The translations under genes and the position numbers were made by a program. DNA of 64,000 nt from Stegostoma tigrinum (lineage: Eukaryota). The stretch is from NCBI RefSeq assembly GCF_030684315.1, contig NC_081355.1, positions 66,736,924 through 66,800,923 on the forward strand, in the 5' to 3' direction. The first letter of the stretch is position 1, and each line of letters opens with the position of its first letter. This document shows, piece by piece, positions 12,681-25,165 of the stretch. The notes beneath the pieces are model-generated. The model was not told the origin of the DNA. It made no database searches and worked only from the letters and a program-made list of their open reading frames with translations.

Positions 12681-14089
12681 TCAACCAATGATCATGATGA
12701 AGTTATTTCATCTCATTACTCATACCATACGCATTGCTGCAGTCTAAAACACAGCTCTTCATCTCTATCTTTCTGAGCGTTCATCTATCTGCATTACATC
12801 AATAATCAAGTCACTGGCCGATTTACGTTAACTCCTTATTTCACATCTCCATCCAACTATAATCTCCAAAAATCATCCAAACATTTATATTCCCATCACT
12901 CTGCACAGTCTAATCCTCACAGGTTGAGTTGACCTGGTGGCCTCAAAGCTCTTATTGGTCTTGCTCTCAGTGCTGTTGATTGAGGGTGATGGTCTGTTCT
13001 CTGTCTCAGTCTCTGCTGACACTGAGTGAGAATTTGATGTGAGTGATTCTTATCCTTCCAATAATATTCATGCAGAGAATTTGTTTCCTTTTTCTAAGTG
13101 TATCAGAGCTGTCTACTCTGAAAACCATTTATCATACAAGAAATGATCGCTCCATTTGTTTGATAACTGTAATTTCAGTTTTTCAGTCTTGTATATATAT
13201 ATTTGCTGTCATGAAAGCAAAGTATACAGGGTTTTTGTTTGAAGTCTGTAGTTATACAACTTAGATTGTTTCATCTTTTCTTCCCTTCATATGTTGTCAT
13301 ACAGTCAAGCTCTTCCGCTGATATGGTAAGTGTGAGGTTCTGTCGCAGTAACAGGATCTGAGTTTTTAGCTTTTTGCCCATTGGAATAGTTCTGCTGGTG
13401 AAAGATTGTGGATTGAATGTTACTTCTTTCAGCTAAGTATCAATTTCATAGAGTTTCACAGAGGGTTTTTCTTTGTGAGGCACAGCAAGATCTGTCGTGG
13501 TATATCAGTGAACCTGCCTCATTAAATAGTTACTTCAATTCTAAGATGTTCAGCTTGCCAGATTCTAGCCCCATTCAACAACACACTGTTCCCACAACAA
13601 CTCACCTCCCACTGGATTGCTAGCATTCCTAGCACCTGGGCCATTTTTAAAATCAAGCATTGCCCTTCACTGGCAATATAATGGCACAGGAGTTGCAAAA
13701 CCATGAAGCTAATGGCATGCTGTCACCATGGCTGAGACTATAGATCACATGCATCTCCATTCTCTCACCCTCATTGCCCGTTTAATACCAGGCCACACAG
13801 TTTATCGGTCCTTTCCTATAACCTGACTAATCATGTTTTTAATTCTCTGCTACTCTCCCCACAATGCCCAGTGGAGACAAGCAGCCTGAGACTGTCCAGT
13901 CGGGGAATGTCACCCACATGCAAGCAATTCGATAAATCCAAACATGAGCTTTTATTCACTGTCGGCAAAACTGAACACAAACAAAATGAATAATCGTTGC
14001 ACTTCACCCCTTTGATGCAAACCAAACGCCTGCATGATGATCAATTACTATTTTACTGTCAACAATTACCTGCTGCACCCAGCTCCCAT

Positions 14090-14910
14090 CTACCGTTTGA
14101 CTTCCAGTGCCCAACACAACAAAGCTGTGTCATAGACAATGGCAGCTTCCTCCTGCCCAGTATCCTCATTCACCGCCATGGAAAACCATTCCCATTCCTC
14201 CAGTTCCTCAGTATCCAGCACACCTTGTGTCTGCTCCAGTTGTACAGTACACAGCATGCCAGGATGATGTGGCATGCTCTGCCTGAACTACAATGCTCTG
14301 CATCTTCAGACCACATTAAGCAGCAAAACTGTAAATTAAGCAGCTCTATTCTCTGCTCCACCAAAACTCGATAAAGGCATGGGCAGTTCCACATCAGTTA
14401 GAGGGTTAGACAATGGTGTCCTGAGTTTTGGCCACACTGGGATAGCTGTTGCTCCAGTAACCAATCTTGTTCGGCTCAGGTCCCTAAAATGCACCAGTTA
14501 AGCAAGAGTGGTGTGTTATGTAGCAGTTGTGACAGTTGCCAGGGCAGTGTGCATACACCTTCAGGAATTGGTAACAATAATCACAGATCACATGACCATT
14601 AATTAAATGGATCCCCTTCCTTTTGATGAATTCCGCAGTGTTATGCTACGATCCAGTCAGTGCCACATGTGTGCAGTCAATGGAACACGGCCCATGGGGG
14701 AAGCCCGCTATGTTCCTGAATCTTATTGCCCGGGCTGCAGCACTGACTATGCTATGGGGGGAGGAAGTGAGCCAGTGTGATCTTGCTCAGATCGTATCTG
14801 TCACTGCCCTGAAGGATTTGTGGGGGGACGACTGAGAAATTTCACAATGGTCACCATCACTCCCTGGAAGAACTGAACATGCATCAGCACTGTAACTTAC
14901 TGATCACCAG
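14090..14910 (-). pseudogene. PIF/Harbinger (HARBI1-type) DDE transposase fossil
   Basis: Minus strand IAGFPHGPCSIDCTHVAL (~14660-14712), FIKRKGIHLIN (~14600-14632) and VEQRIELLNLQFCCL..ACHIILACCVLYN (ORF 14170-14394); multiple frameshifts. Confidence 0.8.
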
Positions 14911-15696
14911 AAAATGATGTCAGGGGAGAAAATGTTCCTGGGCATTCCTGCTGATGCTGCACATCCTGAAGGGAAGCATCCCTTGACTGGGCTGTGGACT
15001 GGCCTCCAGCAGTTTCTGACCTGGCCTTCTGGCTGAATGAACAGTTGAACGTAGTATGTTTGCTACACAAACAGCTGATACTGATTGTAGGTGTTGGACT
15101 GACATTTCTGTGTCAAGATGTCATACCCCAGCCCCAGACAGATCCCTACTGTCAAGCGACCTGTCTGGTGGTCTGCACGTAAAAGCACATCAATATGTCA
15201 ATACTGATAGCCTTTAGATTTTGGCTGAAGGGTGAATGTGCTAACAGGCGTGGTACAATAGCATGGTATGACACGGCATGATACAGATGCTAAAAGGAAG
15301 CAAGTAGTCACTGAGTGAGTGAGCGCAAACACAGCAAGCATGCAGGCATGCCTGGCCCATGATCTCTACACACAACCTGTTCCTGAAGCAGCCTTTCAAT
15401 GCTAGTTGTTGCTGTGCCCTAAAACATAATTTCTTATGTGAGCTGCAAGTGGATTGGAGATGTACCATCAGGATCCTAAGACACTGGCAAACATTGGATG
15501 CCAATGTCCAAGGAGAGTGGTGCATACAGCTGGTGCCTGTGGAGCATGCCTTGAGATGCTGTCATGTGGTGAGCTGCACAGGGAACATTTGCAGTCACCA
15601 GCGAACTGAAGACATCAGATACCCACTCTGCCTTCCCTGGCAAGAACTTTTGGTTTCTAGTTTGTTAACGATTTAGAAGTGAAATGCTAATGAGAT

Positions 15697-15825
15697 GAGA
15701 TAGTAAGAAGTGCCGATGCTGGAGTCAGAGATAACACAGTATGGAGCTGGAGGAACACAGCAGGCCAGGCAGCATCAGAGGAGCAGGAAAGCTGGTGTTT
15801 TGGGTTGGGACCCTTCTTCAGAAAA
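15697..15825 (-). mobile_element. Penelope terminal-repeat mini-insertion, decayed hammerhead
   Basis: Minus strand TTT-CTGAAGA-AGGGTCCCAACCC-AAAAC-ACC (mostly CpG decay of CGAAACGTC). Confidence 0.8.
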
Positions 15826-15934
15826 TTTTCCATGCTGTGTAATTAATGAGACAAGATCTGCAGGTATTAAGGTCATTAACAAACAATAATCCCCCTTAGT
15901 AGGCAATGTACCACTGTCTCATCTGAATCTCACT

Positions 15935-16185
15935 TCGATGCCCAGAACTTAGGTAAGAGTTGCAGCAAGTGTTTCTAAAATTCCCTTGATTCAGTAAACG
16001 TTCTATCAAACTGGAAAAGTAGCAAATGTGACCCTCCTATTCAAGAAGGGAGGGAGGCAGTAAACAGGAAATGATAGGCTAGATAACTTGATATCTGTCT
16101 GGGGGAAAAGCTTGATACTTAGAAAATCTCACAGTAATTGGGAAGCGTCAGCAAGGTTTTGTGAAAGGGAAATCGTATTTCTATT
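15935..16185 (+). mobile_element. CR1 internal fragment
   Basis: WKSSKCDP/ANVTLLFKKGGR-like, then cagcaaggttttgtgaaagggaaatcg (QHGFVKGKS-like). Confidence 0.65.
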
Positions 16186-16494
16186 TCTATGCTAGAATGG
16201 AATGAAACATTCCCTCAGTGCAATGTCTATTGATATAAGCTGCCAAAGTATGGACTGCTGCTTGGTCCCATAACTTTCCTGCTCAGATCAAGACTGATAT
16301 CAACTGAGCCAATGTAACATAATATATTAATCCAGACAGTTTGGCCAATTTTGCTTAATGTATAAAATAATTAAAATATACTATAATACCTTTATTGTCT
16401 TTCTTTTTAGATTCATCAAAAGTAACTCAACTATATCCTTATTTCCTTTGAGCCATTAATTTAAAATCTGTGAATGCTGCTGTTGTCAAGATTA

Positions 16495-16915
16495 CTAGTT
16501 ATTGCCCGTGCTGAACTGACCATGATGGTGGTGAGCCACCTTCCTTGACAATTGTGGTCCATGGGGTTCAGAGGCACCTACAGTGCGTTAAAAAGGAAGT
16601 TTTTGAAGAGTAACAATGCAAGAACAGTGACACAATATGAATTTAGAATGCTGTGTGATCTTGAGGGGAATTCACTGGTGATGGCATTTCCATCTGTCTG
16701 CTGCCCTTGTCCTCCGAGGTGGTTCATGTTTGAGAACTTCACTGAAGGAGGATTAGCCAATAGCTGCAGTGATATCTTGTAAATGATATACCCAGCTACA
16801 CTAATCCAGTGATGCTGGGAATGAATGGTTTAGCTGGTGGATGGGATGCTCATCAAACAGGCTGCTCTGTCCTAAGTGTCATCAAACCAATGAGAATTGT
16901 TGATGCCATATTAAT
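16495..16915 (-). mobile_element. Zenon-like LINE 3' fragment
   Basis: Antisense match to 2400-2830 (ggtggtgagccaccttccttga, catctgtctgctgcccttgtcctcc). Confidence 0.7.
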
Positions 16916-16965
16916 TGATGAAGCAGTTAAAGACAGTTGGGCCTAGAACATTACCCTGAACAGCT

Positions 16966-17085
16966 AAGGGCTTTTGTGGCATTGGTAAAGTGCCTTGCTC
17001 TGAATCAGGGGGTGTGGGTTCAAGTCCCATCTGCTGTAGAAGTGTATAAAAACATCTTTGAATGGATTGATATGAAAAATATCTA
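16966..17085 (+). mobile_element. Short tRNA-derived SINE
   Basis: gtggcattggtaaagtg A-box, gggttcaagtccc B-box. Confidence 0.6.
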
Positions 17086-19104
17086 TCCAGAGGAACTCCC
17101 TCAGAGAGGCGCTGAGGCTAAAATGATGGCTCTGTAACCGCCAGAATTGTCTTCTTTTATGTAAGTTACCATTCCAGGCAGCGCAACTTTAGACTTTTTT
17201 TTAACCAACTTAATAGCAATGAGAATATTTAAGACTTTGTTTTTGATCATACTCTCTTGTGTAATAAAGTCATTAATAATGTCTTCAAAATAAATATATT
17301 ACACACATATGAAGACATAAACTGCAATTATTTCATATTCTCAGATTGACTTTACAGTTTGTGGAGCTTATTACTGTAGCTTTTATTATCAGTCGTGATT
17401 CTGCTTAATAGTTCTCAAAACTATCAGTCAGTCACAATACTGTGTAAAAATAATTAGAGTTAATGGTGCAAATAAAACTTCCAATCGACTATCTTTTCAC
17501 ATCCTTTGGTTTCTGATTAATTTTAAGTGACAATAACAAAAAAAACCTATACAAATATTCACAGGAGGCTATGATCTGATTTAATGATGATCCGATGCTG
17601 AAGACGATAGTGAATGACAAAGGATGCATCTATCTAAGGGTCTTAAACTAAGCTTTAAAACTGTTGCAAGCATGACAAATCAGACACCGCTCCTTCATTT
17701 TCTCCATGTAGCTAAAAATATATATCAATTTGCATTTAAATAGAAAAAACATTGAATGAGAAAGGCATGAACATGGAACAATCAGAGCTTGAATTGAATA
17801 TTCAAAGTTAATGAACAGCGTGAGTTACATCATGTTAAAGTCTCAGTGGCCCTATAATGATCTTAAAGCTGATTAAAGGTCAATGATGAGCACTAAACTG
17901 ATGAAAATTGCCTTGATTGCTGAATATTTCTGTCTTAGGATCAATTTGTTAATTATAATGGCTGCGTACTGAATGCTTGCTGAATTTCTTGAGAAAATAT
18001 TCAATTTATAAACAGGCAAATATTGCTCAAAGCAATACAACATTAGATTTTGTTCCAATCCTGTTTACAAAACGTGGTGCCTTCAGAAAAGTAAGTAATG
18101 TGCACAGATTTCAGCTGAATCACAGAGATAACAGATCATCGTTATTGGTTTATTCTGGATTTAGTATTTTCACTGAGCTGTGGAGTAACCTATCCCTTCA
18201 TCACAGTTTATTCTAATGGTTCCCAGGAGTCTCAATTATATATTTCAAACTAAAAGTGAAGGTGCCTGGATGAAATGGTATTTAAACTCATAAGGTTACA
18301 GTATAAATCAGATAAAATGATGAATGCAGCATTTTCACTGATTAAATGTTGCATCAGCTCTTCAAGGGAGATTTTATGAAGCTTGTAAATGTGAAATGTG
18401 GTGTGTGAGGTGATTGAATTCGGCAGAATGTGAAATTTGAATTTTCCTACAGAATGCTGAGATACAGTGGTGTGTTTGCAGTGTGTTGGACTTCACACCA
18501 TCTTGTGATGGTTTGTATGTCATACATTTGTACTCAATGACGCATTAGTGTACAGCCTTTTAAAATTGTCTTACCTTCAAGATAAAGTCCACAGCATATG
18601 GGAATCTCGTGGCATCTGGTTCACATTTGTTTAAGAAAAAGGGGGCACATCAATTAGTTTTGAACATTGGTAATTGCTGATCTCAGGCACCAATGTTGAA
18701 CTCTGCAGCATGAAGATGGGGAACAGAAGAGGAGTGGCCTGGATGAAGGGTTGAGCTCGGAAAGGGTAGCGGGGTGTGGTGAGGAGGGGTGGTAAGTATA
18801 CAGTTCAGGTTTAAGAGAATGGAAAAATGGATGAGGGATTCAAAGTCGGACAAAAGATGAGGTCAGGGGAATATAAAAGCGCATTTTAGGTGTGCGAGGA
18901 GTGGTTAGATCATTAAGTCAAGGTAAGAAAATGAGGGGCCTAAAGAGAAGCGACAGTGTGGTCCAAATGTGTGTCTACCTCACGGTGTTGGCAAAGTTTT
19001 CAGGGCCTTGATATTTACCTATGACATTTTAATCACCCTATTGACAATGATCTCAGATAATGTCTTTTACAATGCATGGAATGGTGGGCTTGCTAAGTTT
19101 ACAA

Positions 19105-19420
19105 GGGATTGAGAACCAAACAGGACAGTCTGAGAATAATGGGTTGGTCATTTGGAATTGAGATGGATCGGAATATTTTCACTCAGAGGGTATTGAATTT
19201 TTCAAATTCTTCGGCTCAGAGGGATGTAGAGATGCAATCATTGAGCATATGCGAAACAGAGGTCAATAGCTTTTTTGCTATTAAACAATATCAAGGGATT
19301 TGGGGATAATGCAGGAAATTGACATCGAGGTAGAAGATCAGCCATGATCTAGCGAACTGACAGAGTAAGATGGATGGGCCAAATGACCTAATCCAGCTGC
19401 TATTTCCTACATTTCCATGT
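19105..19420 (+). mobile_element. Old CR1 3' fragment
   Basis: ttttcactcagagggt..gatcagccatgatct..gatgggccaaatgacc. Confidence 0.75.
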
Positions 19421-19498
19421 GTATTTTAGGCAGAGAGATTAGAAATTCTTAATCTGATTTGCAAACACATCCTTAAAAACCCAAACATGAACAGCCAG

Positions 19499-19841
19499 CC
19501 TTGGCTCAGCTATTTACATGCTTGTCTTTAGATGACAAGGTTCCAGCCTCAATTCCCACATCAGAGTTTTGAGCACCTGCAATAGGTAATGGTGACAGCC
19601 CCCAGCCCACTGCATATTGAGAGAGCGCTGTTGTTGGAGATGCCATCTTTCATGGGAGGTGTTAAATAGGGACACAGACATTTGGGTGAATGTAGAAGAT
19701 CCCATGGCACTATTTTGAAGAAGATCAGGGAGTTAACCCCAGTGTCCTGACCAATATTTATCCCTGAATCTACACCTTAAAAACAATATTATCTGCTCAT
19801 TATCACGTCACTATTTTTGGCTACCTCATTTCCTACATTAC
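19499..19841 (+). mobile_element. Deu-domain SINE (SacSINE1-like)
   Basis: gatcccatggcactattttgaagaagatcaggggagtt..gtgtcctgaccaatatttatccctg matches the DeuSINE core; tRNA-like head. Confidence 0.8.
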
Positions 19842-19842
19842 T

Positions 19843-20196
19843 GGGGTAGCATTTCTGGTCAGAAATGCTGCCTCACAGCATCAGGGACCCAGGTTCAGTT
19901 CCACCCTCGGGCAACTGTCTATGTGGTGTTTGCACATTCTCTCCGTGTCTGAGTGGGTTTCCTCCAGGTACTCCGGTTTCCTCCCACAGTCCAATGACAT
20001 GCAGGTTCGGTGGACTGAGCATGCTAAATTACCCACAGTGTCCTGGGATGTGCTGTCCAGGTGCATTAGCCATCGAAAGTGCGAGGTTACAAGAATTGGA
20101 TAGAGAGTGGATCTGGGTGGGATTCTCTTCCAAACGTCAGTGTGAACTCAAAGGGCTGAATGGCCTGCTTCCGTACTGTAGGGATTCTGTGATTCT
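19843..20196 (+). mobile_element. HE1-type V-SINE
   Basis: gctgcctcacagcatcagggacccaggttc, V-core gtttgcacattctctccgtgtct..ggtttcctcccacagtcc, tail gggctgaatggcctg. Confidence 0.9.
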
Positions 20197-21289
20197 AATC
20201 TATAACATAATGGAGAAAAGGGCTTTGTAGCTCATTAAATTTTTGTGAATGGAAATGTGGTGGAAGCAGGTTCAATTGAGGACATCAAATGTTTATTTCG
20301 ATGCTGATGGTATAAATGGATATAAGGAAAAGGCAGGAGACTGGCACTGGATAAAAGAATCAGTGTAGGCATTATGGGCATCCTTCTGCTTTATAATAAT
20401 TCTGAAATCTAAAAAATATATACTAATAACAGCCCTGTCAAATATATTTCTCCTTCTGTTTGAGGTGACTGAGCATCAGAAAACCCTTCAAGGAAATCTG
20501 TGAAATGTTTCTGTCGTTTTTGATATTATTTAAGAGAAACTGCAAGACCTGTTGCTTTCTGCACTATTCTGCCTGGCCCACTGCATTCCGGAATTAACAT
20601 GGTTGTCGTTCCAACCAAATCAATTCTCTCCGGTGCTGCCCATATTGTTTGACCACTCATGTCCCTTCTTGCCTTTCCAGTTTTAAGGCTAATCTTAATC
20701 CCTTTACAAATGAGAATCTCTCATTATTTTTATCGGCCTCTCTTCCATCTATCTATAGCTCTGTAGTCAAACAAAAACTGTAGCTAGTGGTTTTTAATTG
20801 AATCAATGACTTTTTCCTGAGCGAACAGGATGGCTGATAAAATGTTAAAATTTTGGAAGAATGTACACTGCATTAATGAAAAGTTGCTCAGATTAAGTGA
20901 ACATATAAATGTTGTTGTAAAACCATTGATCAGAGGAAGTAACCATTTGACCTTTGGAGCTCATTTCTTTCACAAGATGCTTTACATTGGCTTTACAGTT
21001 CCAAATGAAATTTCTGGATTATTTTCTTCGAACTAAAAAAAAAATCAAGTGAAACTACAAAACATTTTTTTGCTCCAGGATTATCTTTCAAACCTCATTT
21101 ACATGAGTCATCTCTGTTTACTTTGCAAATCCCACCTTTTATAAGACCCCCCTGACTTTCGCCTGTACTTTCCAGTTACACCATTATCACAGCTTTGAGC
21201 ACCTTGAGTGGGCGAAAGCCTCTTGACTGGGACTCTGTGTGGAAAGATAGGTGGATAGTAAATATTATTAAAAGCCTTGTAGCTGTGGT

Positions 21290-21750
21290 AATGGCCAGTA
21301 ATATTAGGACATTCAGCAAAACCCAGTCTCATCCACCTCTTACTACAGTAGCAGCTGGTTGGTTCATATTTAAAGTTATCAACCTTGTCTGTAAATTCCA
21401 CCACAGCCTCTCTCATCCCGACCTCTGCATTCACTTCTAGACCACAAGCCTTCGAGGCATCTCTACTCCTTTCAAGCTGGTCTCTTGAGTATCCCTGACT
21501 TATTTTCTTCGATATTGCTGGCTGAACCTTCAGCTGCCTACCCTTAAGCTTTCATATTTCCTTCTTAACCACTCCCTATCTTTATTTATTTCTTTAAGAA
21601 ACTCTTTGAAATGTGCATCTTTGTCTGAGCCTTCGGTCATCTGACCAAAAGTCTCTTCATATGGCTTAGTGTTGAATTCTTACAGTGTTAACATGAAGTG
21701 CTTTGGAGTATTTTAGTAATTTAAAGATGTAATAGGAATTTATGTTGCAT
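21290..21750 (+). mobile_element. L2 LINE 3' remnant
   Basis: FKVINLVCKFHHSLSHPDL (L2 FKIL..HGLAP-like) and 3' end gaagtgctttggagtatttt..aaagatgtaatag. Confidence 0.6.
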
Positions 21751-22049
21751 TTGGTGTTATATCTGTCTGCTTGGGAGCTTTGTCAGGAAAGTTTATATCT
21801 TCAGGCAAGTTCCAATGGTTTACTCTTTGAGTTTTATCTGATTTTCCTACCTAAGCTGGTTGGACGCAAACAGTAAGGCTCAGACTGAGTACGCAGCTCT
21901 ACGTTTGATCCTTTGCTGAGCACGGAAAATGAGACAGAAAGCTTGATCATGTCACTTTCACCTTAGCCTGTAATTCCTCTCTGCACATATCCGAGGACCC
22001 CCTCCTGGAGGAACTTCAAAGGTTCTCTAAGGTATAGAGGGAAAAGATG

Positions 22050-23435
22050 TGGCAATTACAGACCAGTAAGTCTCACGTCTGTTGTCTGCAAGGTGTTAGA
22101 AATGATTCTGAGGGAAGGATTTATGACCATCTGGAAGAGCATGGCTTGATCAAATACAGTCAACACGGCTTTGTGAGGGGCAGGTCATGCCTCACAAACC
22201 TTATCGAGTTCTTTGAGGATGTGACTAGAAACTTTGATGAGGGTAGAGCTGTGGATGTGGTGTATATGGACTTCAGTAAGGCATTTGATAAGGTTCCCCA
22301 TGGTAGGCTCATTCAGAAGGTCAGGAGGAATGGGATACAGGGGAACTTAGCTGCTTGGATACAGAATTGGCTGGCCAACAGAAGACAGCGAGTGGTAGTA
22401 GAAGGAAAATATTCTGCCTGGAAGTCAGTGGTGAGTGGGGTTCCACAGGGCTATGTCCTTGGGCCTCTACTGTTTGTAATTTTTATTAATGACTTGGATG
22501 AGGGGATTGAAGGATGGGTCAGCAAGTTTGCAGACGACACAAAGGTCGGAGGTGTCGTTGACAGTATAGAGGGCTGTTGTAGGCTGCAGCGGGACATTGA
22601 CAGGATGCAGAGATGGGCTGAGAGGTGGCAGATGGAGTTCAACCTGGATAAATGCGAGGTGATGCATTTTGGAAGGTCGAATTTGAAAGCTGAGTACAGG
22701 ATTAAGGATAGGATTCTTGGCAGTGTGGAGGGACAGAGGGATCTTGGTGTGCAGATACATAGATCCCTTAAAATGGCCACCCAAGTGGACAGGGTTGTTA
22801 AGAAAGCATATGGTGTTTTGGCTTTCATTAACAGGGGGATTGAGTTTAAGAGTCGTGAGATCTTGTTGCAGCTCTATAAAGCTTTGGTTAGACCGCACTT
22901 GGAATACTGCGTCCAGTTCTGGTCGCAGTATTATAGGAAAGATGTGAATGCTTTGGAGAGGGTTCAGAGGAGGTTTACCAGGATGCTGCCTGGACTGGAG
23001 GGCTTATCTTATGAAGAGAGGTTGACTGAGCTCGGTCTCTTTTCATTGGAGAAAAGGAGGAGGAGAGGGGACCTAATTGAGGTATACAAGATAATGAGAG
23101 GCATAGATAGAGTTGATAGCCAGAGACTATTTCCCAGGGCAGAAATGGCTAGCACGAGGGGTCATAGTTTTAAGCTGGTTGGTGGAAAGTATAGAGGGGA
23201 TGTCAGAGGCGGGTTCTTTACACAGAGAGATGTGAGAGCATGGAATGCGTTGCCAGCAGTAGTTGTGGAAGCAAGGTCATTGGGGTCATTTAAGAGACTG
23301 CTGGACATGCATATGGTCACAGAAATTGTGAGGGTGCACACATGAGGATCAATGGTCGGCACAACATTGTGGGCTGAAGGGCCTGTTCTGTGCTGTACTG
23401 TTCTATGTTCTATGTTCTATGTTCTATGTTCTATG
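22050..23435 (+). mobile_element. Young 5'-truncated CR1 LINE with an open RT frame and (TTCTATG)n tail
   Basis: ORF 22047-23345: QHGF..SCLTNL, DFSKAFD, PQGYVLGP, FADD, LVRPHLEYC; no endonuclease; tail at 23401-23435. Confidence 0.95.
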
Positions 23436-24924
23436 ACTCTTACCATTTGTTGTTTTTATTTTATCAATGATCATTCTCTGGCTGCAAAGCCAAGGAACAT
23501 AAGATTTCGTTCCCTTGAGCATTTGAAGTATTTTTAATCCACTCTGAAAGTGGTATATATTCAACTCTACTTAATAGTAACTTCTGTGCAGCGTTTCCCA
23601 CTTTAGCTGGGAGTTGGTGTAGTGTACTCCCTACTGTATGAAAAGGATGAATTTTTCTTGCCTCAAGGCAATTTTGGTTCTTGTTAATTTTTTAAAACAT
23701 GTTCATGGGCGTTTTACATTGTCATTGCTGCTTAGCAGTATTCTCATTTTGTACTTTGAGATGCATCTGATATTCCTAGTCCACCTATTAATTAGTTCAG
23801 AGCATCCCAATATCAGTCTCCATAACCTTTATCAGCATAAACTGAATTGAAGAATACTGGAAGGTGAATCATCCTTCATGTTACAATCATGGGAAAAGCT
23901 ACTCTTTGAAAAAGCCATCATGAAATGTGGAGAATAGAATTAAGGTTAAAAATCGTCCAAAGGGTCAAGTAAATTGAAATTGGTGATTAGATGATATTAA
24001 GGTTGGTTTCAAAACCTTAAAGTTGTATAAAGAAGGAAAGGTTGAACAAGGTCTGAAAGCCACAGACTTGAGAAGTGGAAAAGCAATGAGTTAAAGAAAT
24101 GTGCGGAATTAATCTTGATTTCAACAAAGTGGGACACAGAGAGAAGGGAACAAATCTAGGACAGTGTAATTTGAGATGGGAAAGAATGAAAGGAGAGCTC
24201 AGGTTAATCATTGTTCCCCAGTCAGCCTGTTGTAGTTGACTCATTTCATTGTACCTTCCAAAGTCAAATTCATTTTCAGATCAGCTATCTAATTTGCCAT
24301 GAATTATTTAAGGAATTATTTCTTTCAAATATCTTATGTAAAACCTCATGAAGAGCTTCTGAAATTCCACTGATAAGAAAGTTTAACAAATTGGGAGTGA
24401 TACATAAAGCCCAAATGTGTCAGTTAATAGAACAAACTGACTACCTTCAGTTGATTTAAAATGTAAAATTAAGAAAATGAACAAACATCAGTCGATTCAC
24501 ATTTGGTTTTTCCTTACAATATTGTTTGGTTGAGGCTCTAACACCATTAGTGTGGGTGGGCTACCTCAGAGCTATAGTGGCTAGCCCCAAAATCTGGGTG
24601 CTGCATCAGGAGGAGCACCTGAAGCAGCAGAAAAGGTGACCAAGCTCCAACTGTCAGGAAATTGGCTACTTTGTCAGCATTCATAGAGAATAAGGCCACA
24701 CTTGCAATTTAGGGAGGGTCATATTGGAGGAACAACAGGTCTCTATAAAGCCTTCTCCATCTACTATGTGACTCCTAACCTTCCACATGGCAAAACAGGG
24801 TAGCCAGAGGAAACATTCGAAAGTGGAGCTCTGCTCCCGATGGTATCTGCAGTGTAGCAACCTGGCCCCTTCAGCTGCTTCTGCCAAACCTGCAAACTCT
24901 ACCACAAGGTAAACAATGGTGGCA

Positions 24925-25165
24925 GATGCAATAGACCATAACCCATCTGCAAATTCACATCCAAGCCACACACCATCCTAACTTGGATCTGTGTTTGGAC
25001 TGTCACTGAGTTGAACTTCTGCAATTCTCTCCCAAATAGCAATGTGGCTGTACCTACAGCGCATCAACTGTAGCGGTTCAAGAAGGTGGCTCATTCCCAC
25101 CTTCTCGAGGATAATTAGGAATAGACAAGAATTGCCGGCCAGTTAGCACCACCCACATTCTTTGA
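24925..25165 (+). mobile_element. Zenon-like LINE 3' end
   Basis: ccaagccacacaccatcctaacttgg..agcggttcaagaaggtggctc..cacccacattctttgaa. Confidence 0.7.

Noticed and set aside
22451-22947. ORFs 22451-22828, 22467-22898 and 22717-22947 (also 36012-36586 and 48712-49312) as novel genes
   Set aside because: They are antisense or alternate-frame shadows of CR1 RT and recur in each CR1 copy.
22047-23345. Autonomous LINE or domesticated RT gene
   Set aside because: It is 5'-truncated with no endonuclease or ORF1, the N-terminus is out-of-frame CR1 sequence, and it carries a QGS>QGY change.
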